Shown piece by piece: positions 26,420 to 39,589 of a stretch of 64,000 bases of DNA (positions within the stretch are counted from its first letter, which is position 1; the number at the start of each line of letters is the position of its first letter). The stretch lies in the NCBI GenBank assembly GCA_028534125.1, contig CM052818.1:31000001-31064000 (forward strand). The letters run 5' to 3'. Under the pieces are notes generated by a model that was given only the letters and a program-made list of their open reading frames with translations, made no database searches and was not told where the DNA came from. Position numbers and translations under genes: made by a program. The stretch is from Lama glama. Taxonomy: Eukaryota.

Positions 26420-26630
26420 AGGCTCAGCTGTTAAGAAACTGGGTTCTGGGGCCAGATTTGCCTGCTCTGCCCTTACCAGCTGTGTGACCCTGGGCATCTC
26501 CTTCCCCTCTCTGCCTCAGTTTCCTTTTCTGCCAAACAAAGACCACTGATAATAACTACCTCACACGATTGTAGAGAAGGGTGAATGAGTTCAGGCAGGT
26601 AAAGGCCTTGAAGAGTGCTTGGTGCAGGGT
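26420..26630 (+). mobile_element. MIR SINE
   Basis: gttaagaaactgggttctggggccaga...ccttaccagctgtgtgaccctgggc...tctctgcctcagtttcc...taataactacctcac. Confidence 0.75.
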
Positions 26631-26699
26631 GAGCCTGGACAGGTGACAGCAGGTCTGTGAGGCACCTCCAGCCCAGGTGGGCAGCTGGGTTCTAAGGCC

Positions 26700-26888
26700 C
26701 TGGCTCTCAAGCTTGAGTGGACATCAGAATCCCCTAGAAGGCGTGTTAAAACACGATTTCTTGAGCCCCCCCCCCCGGCAGATATTCTGACTCAGTGGGT
26801 CTAGAGGGAGGCTCTAGAATTCGCATCCCTAACAAGTCCCCGGGTGACATGATGGCTGCTGACTCTGGGATCACACTCTGAGAACCAG
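26700..26888. mobile_element. MER5A hAT-Charlie MITE
   Basis: tggctctcaagcttgagtggacatcagaatcccctagaag...ttctgactcagtgggtct...taacaagtccccgggtga...cacactctgagaacca. Confidence 0.8.
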
Positions 26889-28799
26889 GATCGTAGTGAT
26901 TATCAATACCCAGACTGCAGAGCAGCCGCTGTGTGCCGGGCACGGTGCTCAGCCCTTTTCCTGGGGCTGAGGAAGTTGTGGTGCTGACGGCTGAGTTCTT
27001 ACAGGAGCTCTCCAGCTAGTGATTGGCGGACGGGCAGACACAGCACTTGAACCCAAGTCAGTCTGATTCCAGAACGACTAAACTCAACTGTCAACCAGCC
27101 TCAGGTCTTCATTCTACTGGTATTTCTGGAGCCTTTGATAAACGCTGCCTGCATAGAGCCCCATGCAGTTCACAAAGCGATCGCAAATGCATTTCCTCAT
27201 TTCATACACACAAAAGCCTGTGAAGTAGGTCAAGTATTAATATCGCCTGCCTTTACAAGGAAAATGTAATTACAGATGGAAATGAAGGCTGGGAGCAGTC
27301 TGGCGTCATGCACAGGATCGCACAGGAGTAGATGGAGGAGGCTGCCTGGCCTCCCACGCTGCCGTACCTGCCACCTCTCAGAGTGCTCGGAGGTGGGGGG
27401 TAGCCCGTGGTTAGGGCTCAGCAGGCAGAAGGTGTAGACACTGATGGCAGCCGCCCTCTGGCAGAGAACAGCGCTGTGACTAGGAGACCCAGTTCTGGGA
27501 TAATTCCCAGAGTGAATGTGACCTGGACGCACCCGTGAGGTGGGCACTCACTCCCACGCGAGGCTATGAAAGGAAAGGGTATGGAGCAGCCACGGGGAAG
27601 TGAGGCAAGGAAAAAGTGCATGCTAAGCCGGGCCCTGGAGAAAAGGGAGGCTTGACCTTGCTGTGGAGGGGCTGGTGAGATGTCCTGGCAGAAGAACTGG
27701 TGAGACCAAAGGAGAGAGACTCAAACAACCAGGGTCTGGGTGGTGAGGATGACAGTGGGATGTGCAGACGGTAGGGCCTGGGGGTACGATCTGGACTGAG
27801 CCAGGTCCCCTGGGCTGGACTTGACCTTCCTTCTTCTCCAGCCAACCCAAGCACCCAGAGCACCTGCCATCCTCCCAGCTCTGAGCCACTTTTTGGGAGC
27901 ACCCCCGCCATCACACCAATTGCTCTGTTTAGAGCAAAAACCAGCCAGGTGTTACCAGGAAATGGTCTAATTAGCACTTACTGCTGACGATTTTGCTCCT
28001 TTTTTTTTTTCTAAAACTTGGACATTTTTTATTTGCTAATCATCTCTCCGTTCAACCAGCACAGAGCTGCACACGATTTACCTTTTGATGTTCACAGAAG
28101 AGAACTCTTGAATTTCAAAGAGCCAGCCGGGATTTGGGGGAATGGCATGCAGAAGCTCCAGCCGTAATCAAACCTCATTAGAGGGTATTCTTCGAGCAAG
28201 TTTTCCCCTCTCTTTCTGCCTCCCTCTCCCCCTCCCTCTCTGATGAGAGGGCTGGTTGTTGGGTTTGGCGTGTTTTCTTTTGGATGATTGTGGTGAGGGT
28301 TCCCTCCTACCACCTCCTGCCCTCCGTGTCCCCACCTCCCAGCAGCGGGCTCAGAGCTGGGATCTGGGTTCCTCTCTCCACCTTGCACTAGTTGCCATGG
28401 TGAGAATTAAGGCTTCATAAATAAAGGCAGCTCCAGGCAAAGAACTCCTCCCGGAAAGTCTCTGCATCCTGCTTAGAAAGGGCAGCTCACCTGAAATGGG
28501 GCTCAGAATGGTCCTCCCGAGAGGTCCTCCCACCTCCACCAGCACCCATCCGAACCCCCTCCCCAGCACACACAGGACTCTGGGTGTCCCACAAGGGGTG
28601 GTGTGGTCCAGGAATGTTTCTGAGGAACCATGTGGGTTGGGGTGTTCAGGATAAGCAGGATCCAGCTATCTCACTCAGGCCTGAGACCCTGAGTGAACAT
28701 AGAAGCCTCACCTTGTTCCTTGGGTACAGATCCACAGCACTGGAAGGTAAATGAAGTCAATTCAAAAACCACTATGGGTCCACACAAAACAGTAATCGT

Positions 28800-28985
28800 T
28801 GCTACCACTTTTTAATGCTTTTATCAGCAGAAATTGTGCTAACTGCTTTAGTAGCAGTCTCCTTTAATTCTCCCAACGGCCCTGTGAAGCAGGTACTACT
28901 TAATCTATCCCCATTTTACAGATGGGAGTACTTCATTGCACAGAGCAGTGAAGTAACCTGCCCAAGGTTACACAGCTTATAGTAA
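28800..28985 (-). mobile_element. MIR SINE
   Basis: tttaattctcccaacggccctgtgaagcaggtact...atccccattttacagatggg...gtgaagtaacctgcccaaggttacacagct. Confidence 0.75.
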
Positions 28986-29548
28986 GTAGCCCCTAGACCA
29001 CAAGCTTCTGGAGTCAGAGCTCACATCTCCCCTTACTCATCATATACCCAGAACCTAGCACATAGGAGGTGTGCACTGAACATCCCTGGAGGGAATGGTT
29101 ATGGGCCAAGGCACAGCTGGACTCTGGCAATACAGACAGTAACTTGACAAGGCCTCTGTCCCCTGGGAGATGACCATTAAAGGGGGCCAGCAAAACCAGC
29201 CCTCATAGTCAGAAAGCTTCAGATACAAACAGCAGAGGGAGCCCCAGAGGAGGAAGCAATTAATTCTCACTCATTTTCCAGGAGGACCAGCACATCTTGG
29301 TCACTGATGTGATACAGGATTTCCAGGAGAGGGAGTGTCTTTGAGGATGACTTCCCAATCTCTGTCTGGGTGCTGGGGGTGGTGGTGGCATTCGTTAAGA
29401 CAAAGCAGGGTTATGTTCTGGTGGCTCTCAGGTGAGTTGTGTGGCTGAGTTTTATTCTTCAAATACAGTGGTGTCTATTTAAAGCTTAGGTTAATACATA
29501 GATTTGCCACTAGAAATCATAATGCTCTTTCCTCTTTCCAACTCACAG

Positions 29549-29616
29549 CATATTAAACCGTACCCCTATGAATCTGATCCAGGAAATCATATTAGTGGAT
29601 GACTTCAGCAATGACC
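29549..29616 (+). CDS. GALNT14: GALNT14 exon 4: (S)[22 protein letters not shown](P)
   Basis: ctcacag| acceptor, ACC|gtaagt donor; 68 nt; EIILVDD motif. Confidence 0.97.
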
Positions 29617-30789
29617 GTAAGTACCATCACTCCCCGGTACTGTGGACACAAATGTGTTCCCAGCCCCTGTATAACTGGCAGAGGTGAGCCTGCTGGTTCT
29701 CTGGGGATGGAGGAAAGCCTGGGTTTGTAGTGGGTATAGAAGACTTTGAGTGTCCATACGGGGCTCAAGAAGTACATAAACCTTCCATCTGAAAAACAAT
29801 GTCTTGGGTTCTCTGCGATGAGTCTTTGAGGATCTACCCAGTTCAATTTAGTTGATTGCTGATGTGGTTGGTGTGTTTACAAATGTATGCATGCACGTGC
29901 TTATGTGGCACTGTCCCCAACCTGCATTCCTGGAAATGAAAAGAGGCCCCACACTTTCAAAGGATGGACACTGGGACCTCGAGTCCTGAAGCAGGGTCAC
30001 ATCTGGAGATTCCTGGCTCATATGTTCTGATAATCCGCCAGCCTGAGCTAAGGGCACCCATCTTCCCCCTTCCATTCCCACAGCAGGGCTGGGCTGGGAG
30101 GACTCTGTTTTGGGGACATCCCATCATCTGGCCGTGACAGTGAGCAGCTGCCTTCCAACCTTCCAACCACTGGTCGTTACTATCTCCTAGTCGTCCTGTC
30201 CAAGAACCTGGGTCCCACCCAAATTCATACTCCAAGACCCCTTGCCCTGAGAAAAGCACACGGGTGTTTTTAGACACCTGTATGTTCAGTTTGACAGTAT
30301 GATTGTTGTAGAAGTCTTACACTTCAAGCACTGGTAGTGCTGACTCCTCTTCTGAGAGCCATCGTCCCAGCCCCGGTGCTGTTCCAGGCAGTCAACACAT
30401 CCAGGCAGGACTGCCTCTTCCCTGTGATGAAACGGGGGAAGCGGGTGGTGGCCACTAGGGACAGCTCCAAGTCGCAGAAGCGTGGAGTCTATCCCCACCA
30501 GCCCTGGTGCTGGAAGCTGGGCGTAGAAGCCACTGCCATACTGGGGTCTATTGTAGGAAGGCTGGAAACCCACATCCCTGACACAGCATCCGAACTTTGG
30601 AAATAATGCCAAAGTGATTTGTGCACCAGATCCAGGGTAATAAGATTGGGCTTGAGTTCTGAAACTCTGTGATCTGATCTCCCTTCCCTAGTGAGGAAGG
30701 GTTGGAGGTGGGAGACAGTTTTCCTGCCAGGAGGTAGCCTGCCATTGAAGCTGGAGAAGGAAATGCTGCTGGATTCACTTAGAAGCGGA

Positions 30790-31010
30790 GTGGCTGAGTG
30801 GTCAGAGCGTGGCCCCTGGTGCCAATTGCCTGGCTTCAAATCCTAGACCTGTCCCTTACTCTCTTCCTGGCTGTGTGCCTTATCAACCTGAAAGTGACTC
30901 AGTTGCCTTGCCTGTAAAATGGAGAGAACAATAATATATACAGTTTATATAAGGCTATAACTGGGTTAATACATTTGAAGTGCTTTAAACAGTCCTTGGC
31001 TCAGAAGCCC
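30790..31010 (+). mobile_element. MIR SINE
   Basis: gcctggcttcaaatcctag...ctcagttgccttgcctgtaaaatggagagaacaataata...taatacatttgaagtgctttaaacagt. Confidence 0.7.
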
Positions 31011-31710
31011 CTATGCGTCTTTGTGGTCACTCTGTAGAGTCCAGAGCCAAGCAGAGAGGCTAAGGTTGGTAAACCAGTGAAGCAAAACCAAAACTGAAGG
31101 TCCAGAGTTCAGCGCCAAGAATTGGTGAACTAGAGGAGTGATGGGGCAGGCAGGCAAGCCAGGGTGGGTCCCCAAGACCGGTCTCTTGCCCATCCTGGCA
31201 TAGCTCCCCACATGGTGGAGAGGTGAGCCAGCTCTTTGTGATGGAGTACATGGCCTGGATTCCTTAACAAACAGAGTCTCCTTTACTAAGTGTCCATGAT
31301 CTGAAAGGAAACTCCAAAAGTTATCTCACCTACTCTCTGGCCTCCCAGCAACTTTTTACCAGACCCTACTTAAGTGAATAGGACTCCTGTCTCATGCTTT
31401 GAATGATCTATAGAAAAGGAGCAATGTCCCCAGGTGACCATGCCATCCGGAAGTGTTCCAGCAATTACACAGGTGCCACTGTGTGACTGACCTGCTCCCA
31501 AGAGGCCCCCCAAGGCCACTTTGCACAGACTGAGCCACGTTGTATACTGATAGCCGTGGCCAGTCAGCCCCTTCCAAAGCCCCCAACACCCTGAGTCAGG
31601 ATGGGGCCCGGTAGTTGGGGGTGGGGACGGGAGCCCGGGCTGCCTCACCTACTGTGCACGTTCACCTCCATCCCTGGGCTCTCAATCCACATCACCTTTT
31701 GTCTTTGCAG

Positions 31711-31776
31711 CTGAGGACTGCAAACAGCTCATCAAGCTGCCCAAGGTGAAATGCTTACGGAATAATGAGCGGCAAG
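31711..31776 (+). CDS. GALNT14: GALNT14 exon 5: (P)[21 protein letters not shown](G)
   Basis: tctttgcag| acceptor, AAG|gtaggt donor; 66 nt. Confidence 0.96.
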
Positions 31777-31916
31777 GTAGGTGTGTGCTGCTGGGCGGGC
31801 CTGGGGGTAGGGGTGTGGGGATCAGTGGTATGTGTGTGCCTTTGGGTGTGTGTCTTCAGTGTGGTTGGACAATTGAGCAACAGTGGCACCCAGTTAACCA
31901 TTTGTCCCTCTTGCAG

Positions 31917-32038
31917 GTCTGGTCCGGTCCCGGATCCGGGGTGCTGATATAGCCCAGGGCACCACCCTGACTTTCCTCGACAGCCACTGTGAGGTGAACA
32001 GGGACTGGCTCCAGCCCCTGCTGCACAGGGTCAAAGAG
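31917..32038 (+). CDS. GALNT14: GALNT14 exon 6: (G)[40 protein letters not shown] (DxH Mn2+-binding motif)
   Basis: cttgcag| acceptor, GAG|gtgagt donor; 122 nt; FLDSHCE motif. Confidence 0.98.
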
Positions 32039-33689
32039 GTGAGTGAGGCGGAGTCCATGCCCCTGACTTCCCCCAGCTCAGTCCTTCACATAGGCCCTCC
32101 ATCCCTTGGGAGGTGGGTGGGACAGATTGCTGTCCCCTTTTTATAGGTAAAGAAACTGAAGGATAGCAGCCAGCCCAGGTCACCCATTAGACAGTGGTGG
32201 AACAAAGTCCAGGACCTGTTCTCTACATCACACTATCACCCACAGCAGGTCCATGACACATGCAGCTTCCTGGGCAAGAGAACTGCCCAGAATGATTTCT
32301 CCCAGGCGTTAGAAGTTTCCAGAAAGGGAGTGCTGATAAGTGCCATTTGTGAAAATGAAGCAGCAGAATTAACCAGGCCTCGTCACTCAATTCCTGAACT
32401 TCCACCCACATGTCACCCTCAACCAAAGGCCAAGGCAGGGGGACTGGATGCTAAGAGACCTGAATTCCTTGCCTCTGTCTGCCGTTAAATTACTCGAGAA
32501 TTCTGTCTGCTTTCTCTCTCCATGTCGCAGTTCTTCCTCTTGAGAGTGAAAAAAAATTTTAATTTCCCATCATCATTTTATAGTCCCCAAAATCCATCCA
32601 CCCCCTCCTGATCTAGAGAATGCACTGTGTGTTTAGATGCTAGTGTCTGTGATTAGCATTTATGCTGTTTATTTCCCCCCTCAAGTTACTGCCTCCTGCA
32701 GCTGCTCTGTGAAGTGGGAGGCCGGATATTTTTAACATACCCATTTCACAGATGAGGACATCACCTCGAGGAGAATTATATGTCTTGGGCTGATATTCCC
32801 TAGTTGGTACCGCCAGCACCAGAACCTTCCATGTTGCCTTAACAGCATCTTCCCCGTGCTGTGGTTATTTCCTTCTCGCTCTTCGAGGGGGCTCCTTGAC
32901 TCCTACCTGCAAAATGATGGTGTTCAGAGGATGAAAGAATTGAGATGTGTAAACAGCTCAGAGTGCTAAGAAATCCTTACCGATTTTGGTCATGCCAATG
33001 AGAGAACCCTGGTGGGTGTACAAAGTTCTCACACATTAGCCTAGATATCCAAACTCATCTCTTGACCATTTTTCCCGAGATGGGGAGGGCTCACATAAAG
33101 GTACAAGATAACCAGGTGAAGAGGTCTGGATTGGGGAATGGAGATTATGAGCAGACCATTCCATTGAGCGGCTTCTCCTGGCACTGGAGGCCCTTCTAAG
33201 TCCTCCCCCCTAGCCCCGTTCTCCACCTACAAACAGCAAGCCCCCCCCCAGTCAACATTCCAACAAAGCTGGGCTGCTCCTTCCCCCGATTGTGCCCCGA
33301 CATTCCTACTGCTTCATCTCCCACCAAGCCCTTCCTGTTCCTGGATGTCTTTTCCCTCCTTTCCACAACCCTCTTGATTTTCAGGGCCTCACTCACATTT
33401 CCCCTCCTTCAGAAAGCCTTTCCTGGCTGCATGGCCAGCTGGGATCACTCTCAGCAAGAATTGCCCACTTGGCCCCACAATTTCCTCTTCTGGATTTAGT
33501 TCTCTGACTCCCCTAAAAGATTACAAACCCAAGGAGGGCACCAGTCACCTCCTTGTGGTCATAGCATAAGGTGCTTAGTGTTTGGAAATGATATTAATAA
33601 GAAACCAGACACAATGGGGTGGAGAGAGGGGTTGGAATAGGAAGTAAAAAGGCTCGCTTCCTGACTCTAAGTAGCAGACCTTTATCAAG

Positions 33690-34154
33690 CACCTATTTTG
33701 GGCAGAGTTTCTAGGGGAAATTTGGGATGGACCACGTGAAGGGCATTCACACCCTCCTGGGCTCCCCAACCTCGAAGCTCTTCAAACCTTGCTGTTTAGG
33801 GGTTTTATGGAGCCTTCTTTATGTAGGCAAGATTGATTAAATCATTGGCCATTGGTGGTTGAACTCAGTCTTCAGTACCTCTCCTCTCCCTGGGGGTGGC
33901 AGGCGAGTAGGGAAGGAAATGGGCAGGGTTGGGGCAGGGCTGAAATTTCCAACCCTTTAATCACACATTTTGTTCCTCCGGTAACCAGCCCCCATCCTCT
34001 AAGAGTCAGCTCATTAGTATAAACTCAGACATCGTGAAAGAGGCTCATCATGATTAAGAACAGATGCTCCTGTCACCCCATCACTCAGGGAATTCCAAGG
34101 GTTTTAGAAGGAACAAAAGCCAAGTATATATTTCTTATTATATCACAACATCAC
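33690..34154. mobile_element. MER21-family ERVL LTR
   Basis: ggggttttatggagcc...gattgattaaatcattggccattggt...gggctgaaatttccaaccctttaatcac...gaattccaagggttttagaag...atatatttcttattatatcacaacatcac. Confidence 0.8.
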
Positions 34155-34345
34155 TGTGTGTACCACCTTTTGTTCATTCACTCATCCTCAGATGGACATT
34201 TGGGTCTGCCTTTTTACAGTTTTTGTGAATATTTTTGCTGCAAACATTTGTGTACAAGTTTTCCTCTGAGTACCTGCTTTCAGTTCTTCAGGGTTTATAC
34301 TGAGGAGCGGAACTGCTGGGTCGTATGGAAATTCAGTGTTTGACC
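34155..34345 (-). mobile_element. L1M fragment adjoining the MER21 LTR
   Basis: ttgttcattcactcatcctcagatggacatttggg...aacatttgtgtacaagtttt...ggaactgctgggtcgtatgg. Confidence 0.7.
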
Positions 34346-36269
34346 TATGTGGACCTCCAGGCTGACGTGTCCCTTCAAGATGCTTTCCTGCAGCAGCCTT
34401 AATGAACCTGGAGTTCCCTTCCATCCCCATGGCTGAGTCTATCTCAGAAGCCCTCCTTGAAAAATGCCTGCTTGTGCATCCCTGGTCAGCTTCAGTGCAC
34501 AGTGATCATCCTGTAGGAGCCTTGTGGCCCCAAGATTGAGCTCAGCACCCCCAAGCCAAGCTCCCAGTCCCCACCACTGTCTGACCTAAAGCTTTCATAG
34601 CAGAGGATTGATCAGACAAACCCAGGACTATGGTCCTGTTCTGCCCCGGCAGAGAGATTCATCAGACCCCGACTCTGGATAATGAAAAGGTCCTGCTGAG
34701 ACATCGCCTTCAGGACAGGGAGCATGGGCACGTGTCAGCCTGTTTCCACGTGTTTTTGTATGTGTCTCGTTTCAGAGTAAAATGTGATTTGATCTTGTGA
34801 GTGGAAGTGGAAATTTTCAGCTGTGATTGGAGTTTAGGATTTTCAAAAATAGAAAGAGATAAGAAGGAAACTGGGCTGGAGCTGCCAGAAGCTGTCCTTA
34901 GCTGGTGTTCTCCATGTGGAAAATCTCCTTGATTTCCCTCCCTTCCCTTCAATTTCATGATGCGACTTGAAACAAGCACCGAGTTGTTGGGGGCTTTTTA
35001 AACAGAGGCTCCTTTCTCCCCTCTCCTTAGCTACATATTCCTTTAGTAGGAAAAAAGATTTTAAGAAATTTCAGTCCCTGTAGAATTTGGTAAATTGATA
35101 AAAATAATGGCTTACATATGCTTCAAAGCCCTTTCACGTGTTTTCCTCTCTTGGTCCTAACAAAAGCCCTGTTAGGAAGGTGGGATTGTTTTGCAAATAA
35201 TAATTTGTCTTTGCTTCATAGATGAAGAAACAGAGTTTTCTTGAGGTTGTATGCATTCCAGATGGCAGAACCAGAATGGGAACCTGGTCTCTGGCCCCTC
35301 TCTTGTGCCCCACCCCTCCTCTAGGCAATCAGAGATGCCATACTGTCATCCTCTATTCTCCTAGAGAGCAAGGTCTTCCTCATCTTTGTATCAACCACAA
35401 TCCCTAAACCATAATAGGTCCTCAGGAATGCTGGTTGATGAAGTGAGTGAATGATTGTCTCTAGAAGATTTTTATTGTCCATTCACAATGTGGTTTCCGT
35501 GGAGAGAGGAGAGAGGTATGACTGGACGGGTGACTGATGTCCTGCCATTGGCTCTCACTAGCGGTGCTGAGGCATGGGCTTGGATTTGTGTAGGGGAAGG
35601 GGACAAATTGTTCTGGATCTACCAGGGATTCCACCAGGTGCCCACTGGAGCCTATCTGTGGATCTAGCCTTGAAGACATAGCCACTGGGGCACAGAAGTG
35701 GGGACCTGCAGTGGGTCTGGGTATCTCTCTGGAGAGTCCATTCATCCCTGAGCCTATAGGAGGAGAGGCCTTCTTGCTCAGCTGTAATCGATCTACCTCT
35801 TTACTGCAGCCATTGATAGTGTCCTCAGAAGAGTCGGTAGCTGCCCTCTTGTAGCCGAACGACCACCTGCTGCCCAGCAGGCTCTGGCCTGGGGTTGAGG
35901 GCAGAGAAAGTGGAGCAGATCTGACCCCCAGGGTCACTTAGAGAGGTTCGTATCCTGGCTTTGATGGGTCATGTCGAAAGTCTCCTGCAGCCCCTTCTTG
36001 ACTCCACTTAGTCCCAAACATCCCACACTGCCTTTCTGGCCTCCATGTCTCTGAGCCAAGCAGATGCCACAACCGAGTTGTGATGTAAATAACAGAAGGA
36101 CAGACACCCTGAGGACTTACAGGAAGGTACCCCAGAGCCTGCCGCAGCTCAGGAGGCAGAGCCCATGGGTGCCTTCTTAGGAAACCTGTGGCCCAAGTAA
36201 CCAACCAGCATTTTATCTTGTATTTTGGTTTCCAAATATTGAGGAAAGACTAAAAAAAAGAAAAGGATT

Positions 36270-36847
36270 GCAGGTTAGGGGTCCCCAAGACCACCCTCAG
36301 TTTCAGTAATTCACTAGAAGGACCAGAACTTAGCAAAGATGCTCACACATGGCTACTGTTTATTACAATGAAAAGATCTGGATTAAAATCAGCAGTGGGA
36401 AAGGATGCCGGGGGGAAAGTTCCAGGCATGATTGTCCAGTTGTCCCCTTCCAGTGCTGGCAGGCGTGCGTGCAGGCAGCACGCGCTTCTTCCAGCCAGGA
36501 CGTGTGGCGACACTCACAGAGTGTTGCCAAACAGGGAAGCCCAGCCCAGCCTTGGTGTCCAGGGTTTTTATTGGAGATCAGTCACACAGACATGGCAGAT
36601 AACTGCCATGGTCTCCATGCTCTTTGATCAAGTTGATGGCCAGAGGTCAAGTTGCATTGGTACCACATGGCCCAGGGCCCTTACCATAAATCTCATTGTT
36701 GGCATATACTGTCTGGTATAGCCTCAGGCTCCCAGGTAAACAGAGACACTTTTATAGGCAGAACATGCCAAGGACTTAGAAGTTACCTCCCAGGAGTTGG
36801 GCAAGGGTCAGATGTATCTGTGGGCAAGGTTAATCCTTGACTGTACA
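36270..36847. mobile_element. MER77/MER21-group ERVL solo LTR
   Basis: ggggtccccaagaccaccctcagtttcagtaattcactagaaggac...gtgttgccaaacagggaagc...cttggtgtccagggtttttattgg...ggttaatccttgactgtaca. Confidence 0.75.
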
Positions 36848-37679
36848 GGACTCAGTGAAGCTGCAGAGGCCCCAAAACTCAGCAGACAAATGCAAAAAGG
36901 GGATTTTGTCAGGCCTACAGAGGAAGGTCAGCCTCTGAACTTCTAGAACATTTCAGAATTCAAGTTAGGAGGATGTCTTTGGGTGCATCTCTGTGTTGGT
37001 ATTGGTGTGGATGGCGGGTGGCTATGTGTGCACTCAGTGTGTAATACACTCAGACCCACGATGACAGTGGCCCCCGAGCATGTGGTGGCTGGGCAGGTGC
37101 TGCGCTGACTGTGCAGGAAGCATCTGTGCCCACCCAGGAGGGAGAGCAATGCATTGAAAATGAGCATTTCCTTCCACGGGAGCCAGTTAGCTTCAGAAGC
37201 ACCTTGTCACTGTCAGGATGAGTCGCACGTGGAGGCTGAGGGCCACATTAAGTCTGTGAACGTAAAGGCAGGCACTCGGTGAATCTGAGCTTAAAAGAAG
37301 AAGACAGCCTCATTGGGGGAAGAGATTGAACCAGGAAATTAAATGGTTTCAAGGAGAAACAGAAGTTCCCGCCCGTGCTGAGTGAGGGTGCTAGGTGCGG
37401 AGGAGTGGAAAAGTGGTCCTGCCTGCTTGGCCCAGAACTGCTGACTCTCCCCAGCTGCTGGACTCCCATTCGGCTACCAGGTCTTCATGGTCAGTCACAG
37501 CTCATTTATACTGCCCGCGGGGGCCCAGTCTCCCCTCCTGCAGCTGGGGCAGGACAGGAGTGTTCACTCAGAATTAAGGAACTTTTTAAAAATAGATGCC
37601 ATGCCTTGATGGCACCTAAGAATTTGTCTTGCAGATTTTGCAACCATCTCCTGGATGAATTTGATGGTTACAGATAGGG

Positions 37680-38270
37680 TAGCCTGGAGGAAACAGCAAG
37701 TTGTGAGGCTGGAAAGTTAGGTCCAGGCCTGTTTTTGATGGTCTCAGATGCCAGGCTTGAGGAGTTTGAACCTTCTCTTTAAGGCATTTCAAGTTTTTAG
37801 TTGTTGAGCTACAGAATAAGATTTGATGTCAGCCATCTGTAGAATGAGAGGGGAAAGGGTGAGATGAGGAGGGGAGGGGCTAGGAGTCCATGGTGGTATA
37901 CTCCAGGGGAGGGGTGTGAGGGAGAGGCAGAATCTGTACAGAAGGGCAGTTGTAGAGTTATAGTCGGCAGGATTGATCAAGTTGATGGGCAGAGGTGAAG
38001 CTTCTTAAGTTAGTGCTGGGAAAGAAGAGGGATGTGTGATGGTTCTGTTGACAGAAATAGGGAACCAAGGGAAAGGAGCATGTGCAGGGAGACGGTGGTG
38101 AAGGCACCACTGAAAGGCTGTGTGAAATCCACATGGAGGTAGCTGGCGGCATCCTGGACCCATCTGAGTCTAGAAGTGAGGAACGAAGTCAAGGCTGGAG
38201 GGACAGATCTTAGTATTGCAGGAGGAAATGGAAGTTGGGGATCTCTGGAGATGCTATTCATCAACTTGCG
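37680..38270 (-). mobile_element. L2 LINE fragment
   Basis: atgccaggcttgaggagtttgaac..., gtgaaatccacatggaggtagc...tctagaagtgaggaacgaagtcaggctggagggacagat. Confidence 0.6.
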
Positions 38271-38754
38271 CGTGAACTGCAAGCCAAGAAGGAAAGTCTT
38301 GGGAAATTCCAAGAGGTTCCCACTACGGGGCTGTGGCTTTGCTTCTTGGAGCTGCAGGCTGGAGGCCACTTTCCCACTAACCATGTCTTCTGCCTCCTGA
38401 GAGCCCCATGTTAGGGAAGGACTCCTAGAGCTTCCTTCTTCCTGACGTCCCTCTGTTTGGTGTGAACCATGCTCCAACCAGCCTCCCTGCGTCTCTGTCA
38501 TGCTTAGATGGCTGTGAGAGGCTCCCGAGAGTTAGGGAAAGGCTCTTGCATTGGGGGCATCATAACTAGAAAGGTAACAGTGTCCACTGCCCCATTTTAC
38601 AGATGAGAACATTGAGGTCCAGAGAGGAAAATGCTTGGTCAGGGTCCTGAAACTGATCTCCGGCCCTCCCAGGGTGAGGCCCTACCAAGTCCCCTGGTTC
38701 CCTGTCTGGTTCCTTGGCACCACCAACTGAGTGTGTGAGCCTTTTGTTTTCTAG

Positions 38755-38842
38755 GACTACACACGGGTGGTGTGCCCTGTGATCGATATCATCCACCTGG
38801 ACACTTTCAACTACATCGAGTCGGCCACAGAGCTCAGAGGGG
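38755..38842 (+). CDS. GALNT14: GALNT14 exon 7: [29 protein letters not shown](G)
   Basis: ttttctag| acceptor, GGG|gtgagt donor; 88 nt; VVCPVIDII motif. Confidence 0.97.
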
Positions 38843-39589
38843 GTGAGTGGGGCTAAGGCACCCGCCCAGGAAGGACTTTCTTTTTCTCCTACTTGTTGCT
38901 GCCAAGGGGGAAAGTGAGCAAAGCCTCTTAGTGGTTTGTCTGGGACATCCAGCCCTGCAACCTGTGATGTCAGTAGCTCCAGTGTGGCCCTTACCACGGG
39001 CACTGTGATTGGAAGGGCCAGACGAGCACACAGAGCTCTGGCTCCATCAAAGGGCTCCCTTCAGGGTGGAAGGGTGTGAGGGAGGCAAGGACCCCCTGGC
39101 TGTGTGGGGCCTGAATTGTTCCAGCGCCCCATCAGAGGGCACCACCCTCTTCTATGTGGCCCCCACAGCTTTTCCCAGGACTGAGTACTGCTTCCCCAAG
39201 ATTGATTAGAAGTGATGCCACTCACACACCACCTGCTTACACCCCTCCTGAGACTGCTGTCCTAGGGCCACACTCCATAACTGTCCATCGTGTCCCCCTT
39301 GGGCCCCACCCGTGGGTTCTATCAACCCTGACTCTTCATCCTCTGCCCTCATTCCCTAACTGCCCCACCCCAGCAGAGAGGGCTCAGAGAGGCAGTAGGA
39401 GGTAGAGAAAGAGAAGGAAGCTGTGAAAGGGAAATTAGGCAGCTCTGTTACTGATCAGCCCAGGTGAGACCTGTTATCCCTGGGACCACCTGGGAAACTA
39501 GGTATATTCATGAACTTCTGATGAAGGGCCAGAATGAGCAAGTTCTATAGATATATCAAAGAATCAGCAGAGTGGACGCTGTGTTTTAG

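Noticed and set aside
32133-32152. Pyrimidine tract plus TAG|GTAAAG after exon 6
   Set aside because: It is simply a diverged MIR core and too close to the exon to suggest recursive splicing.
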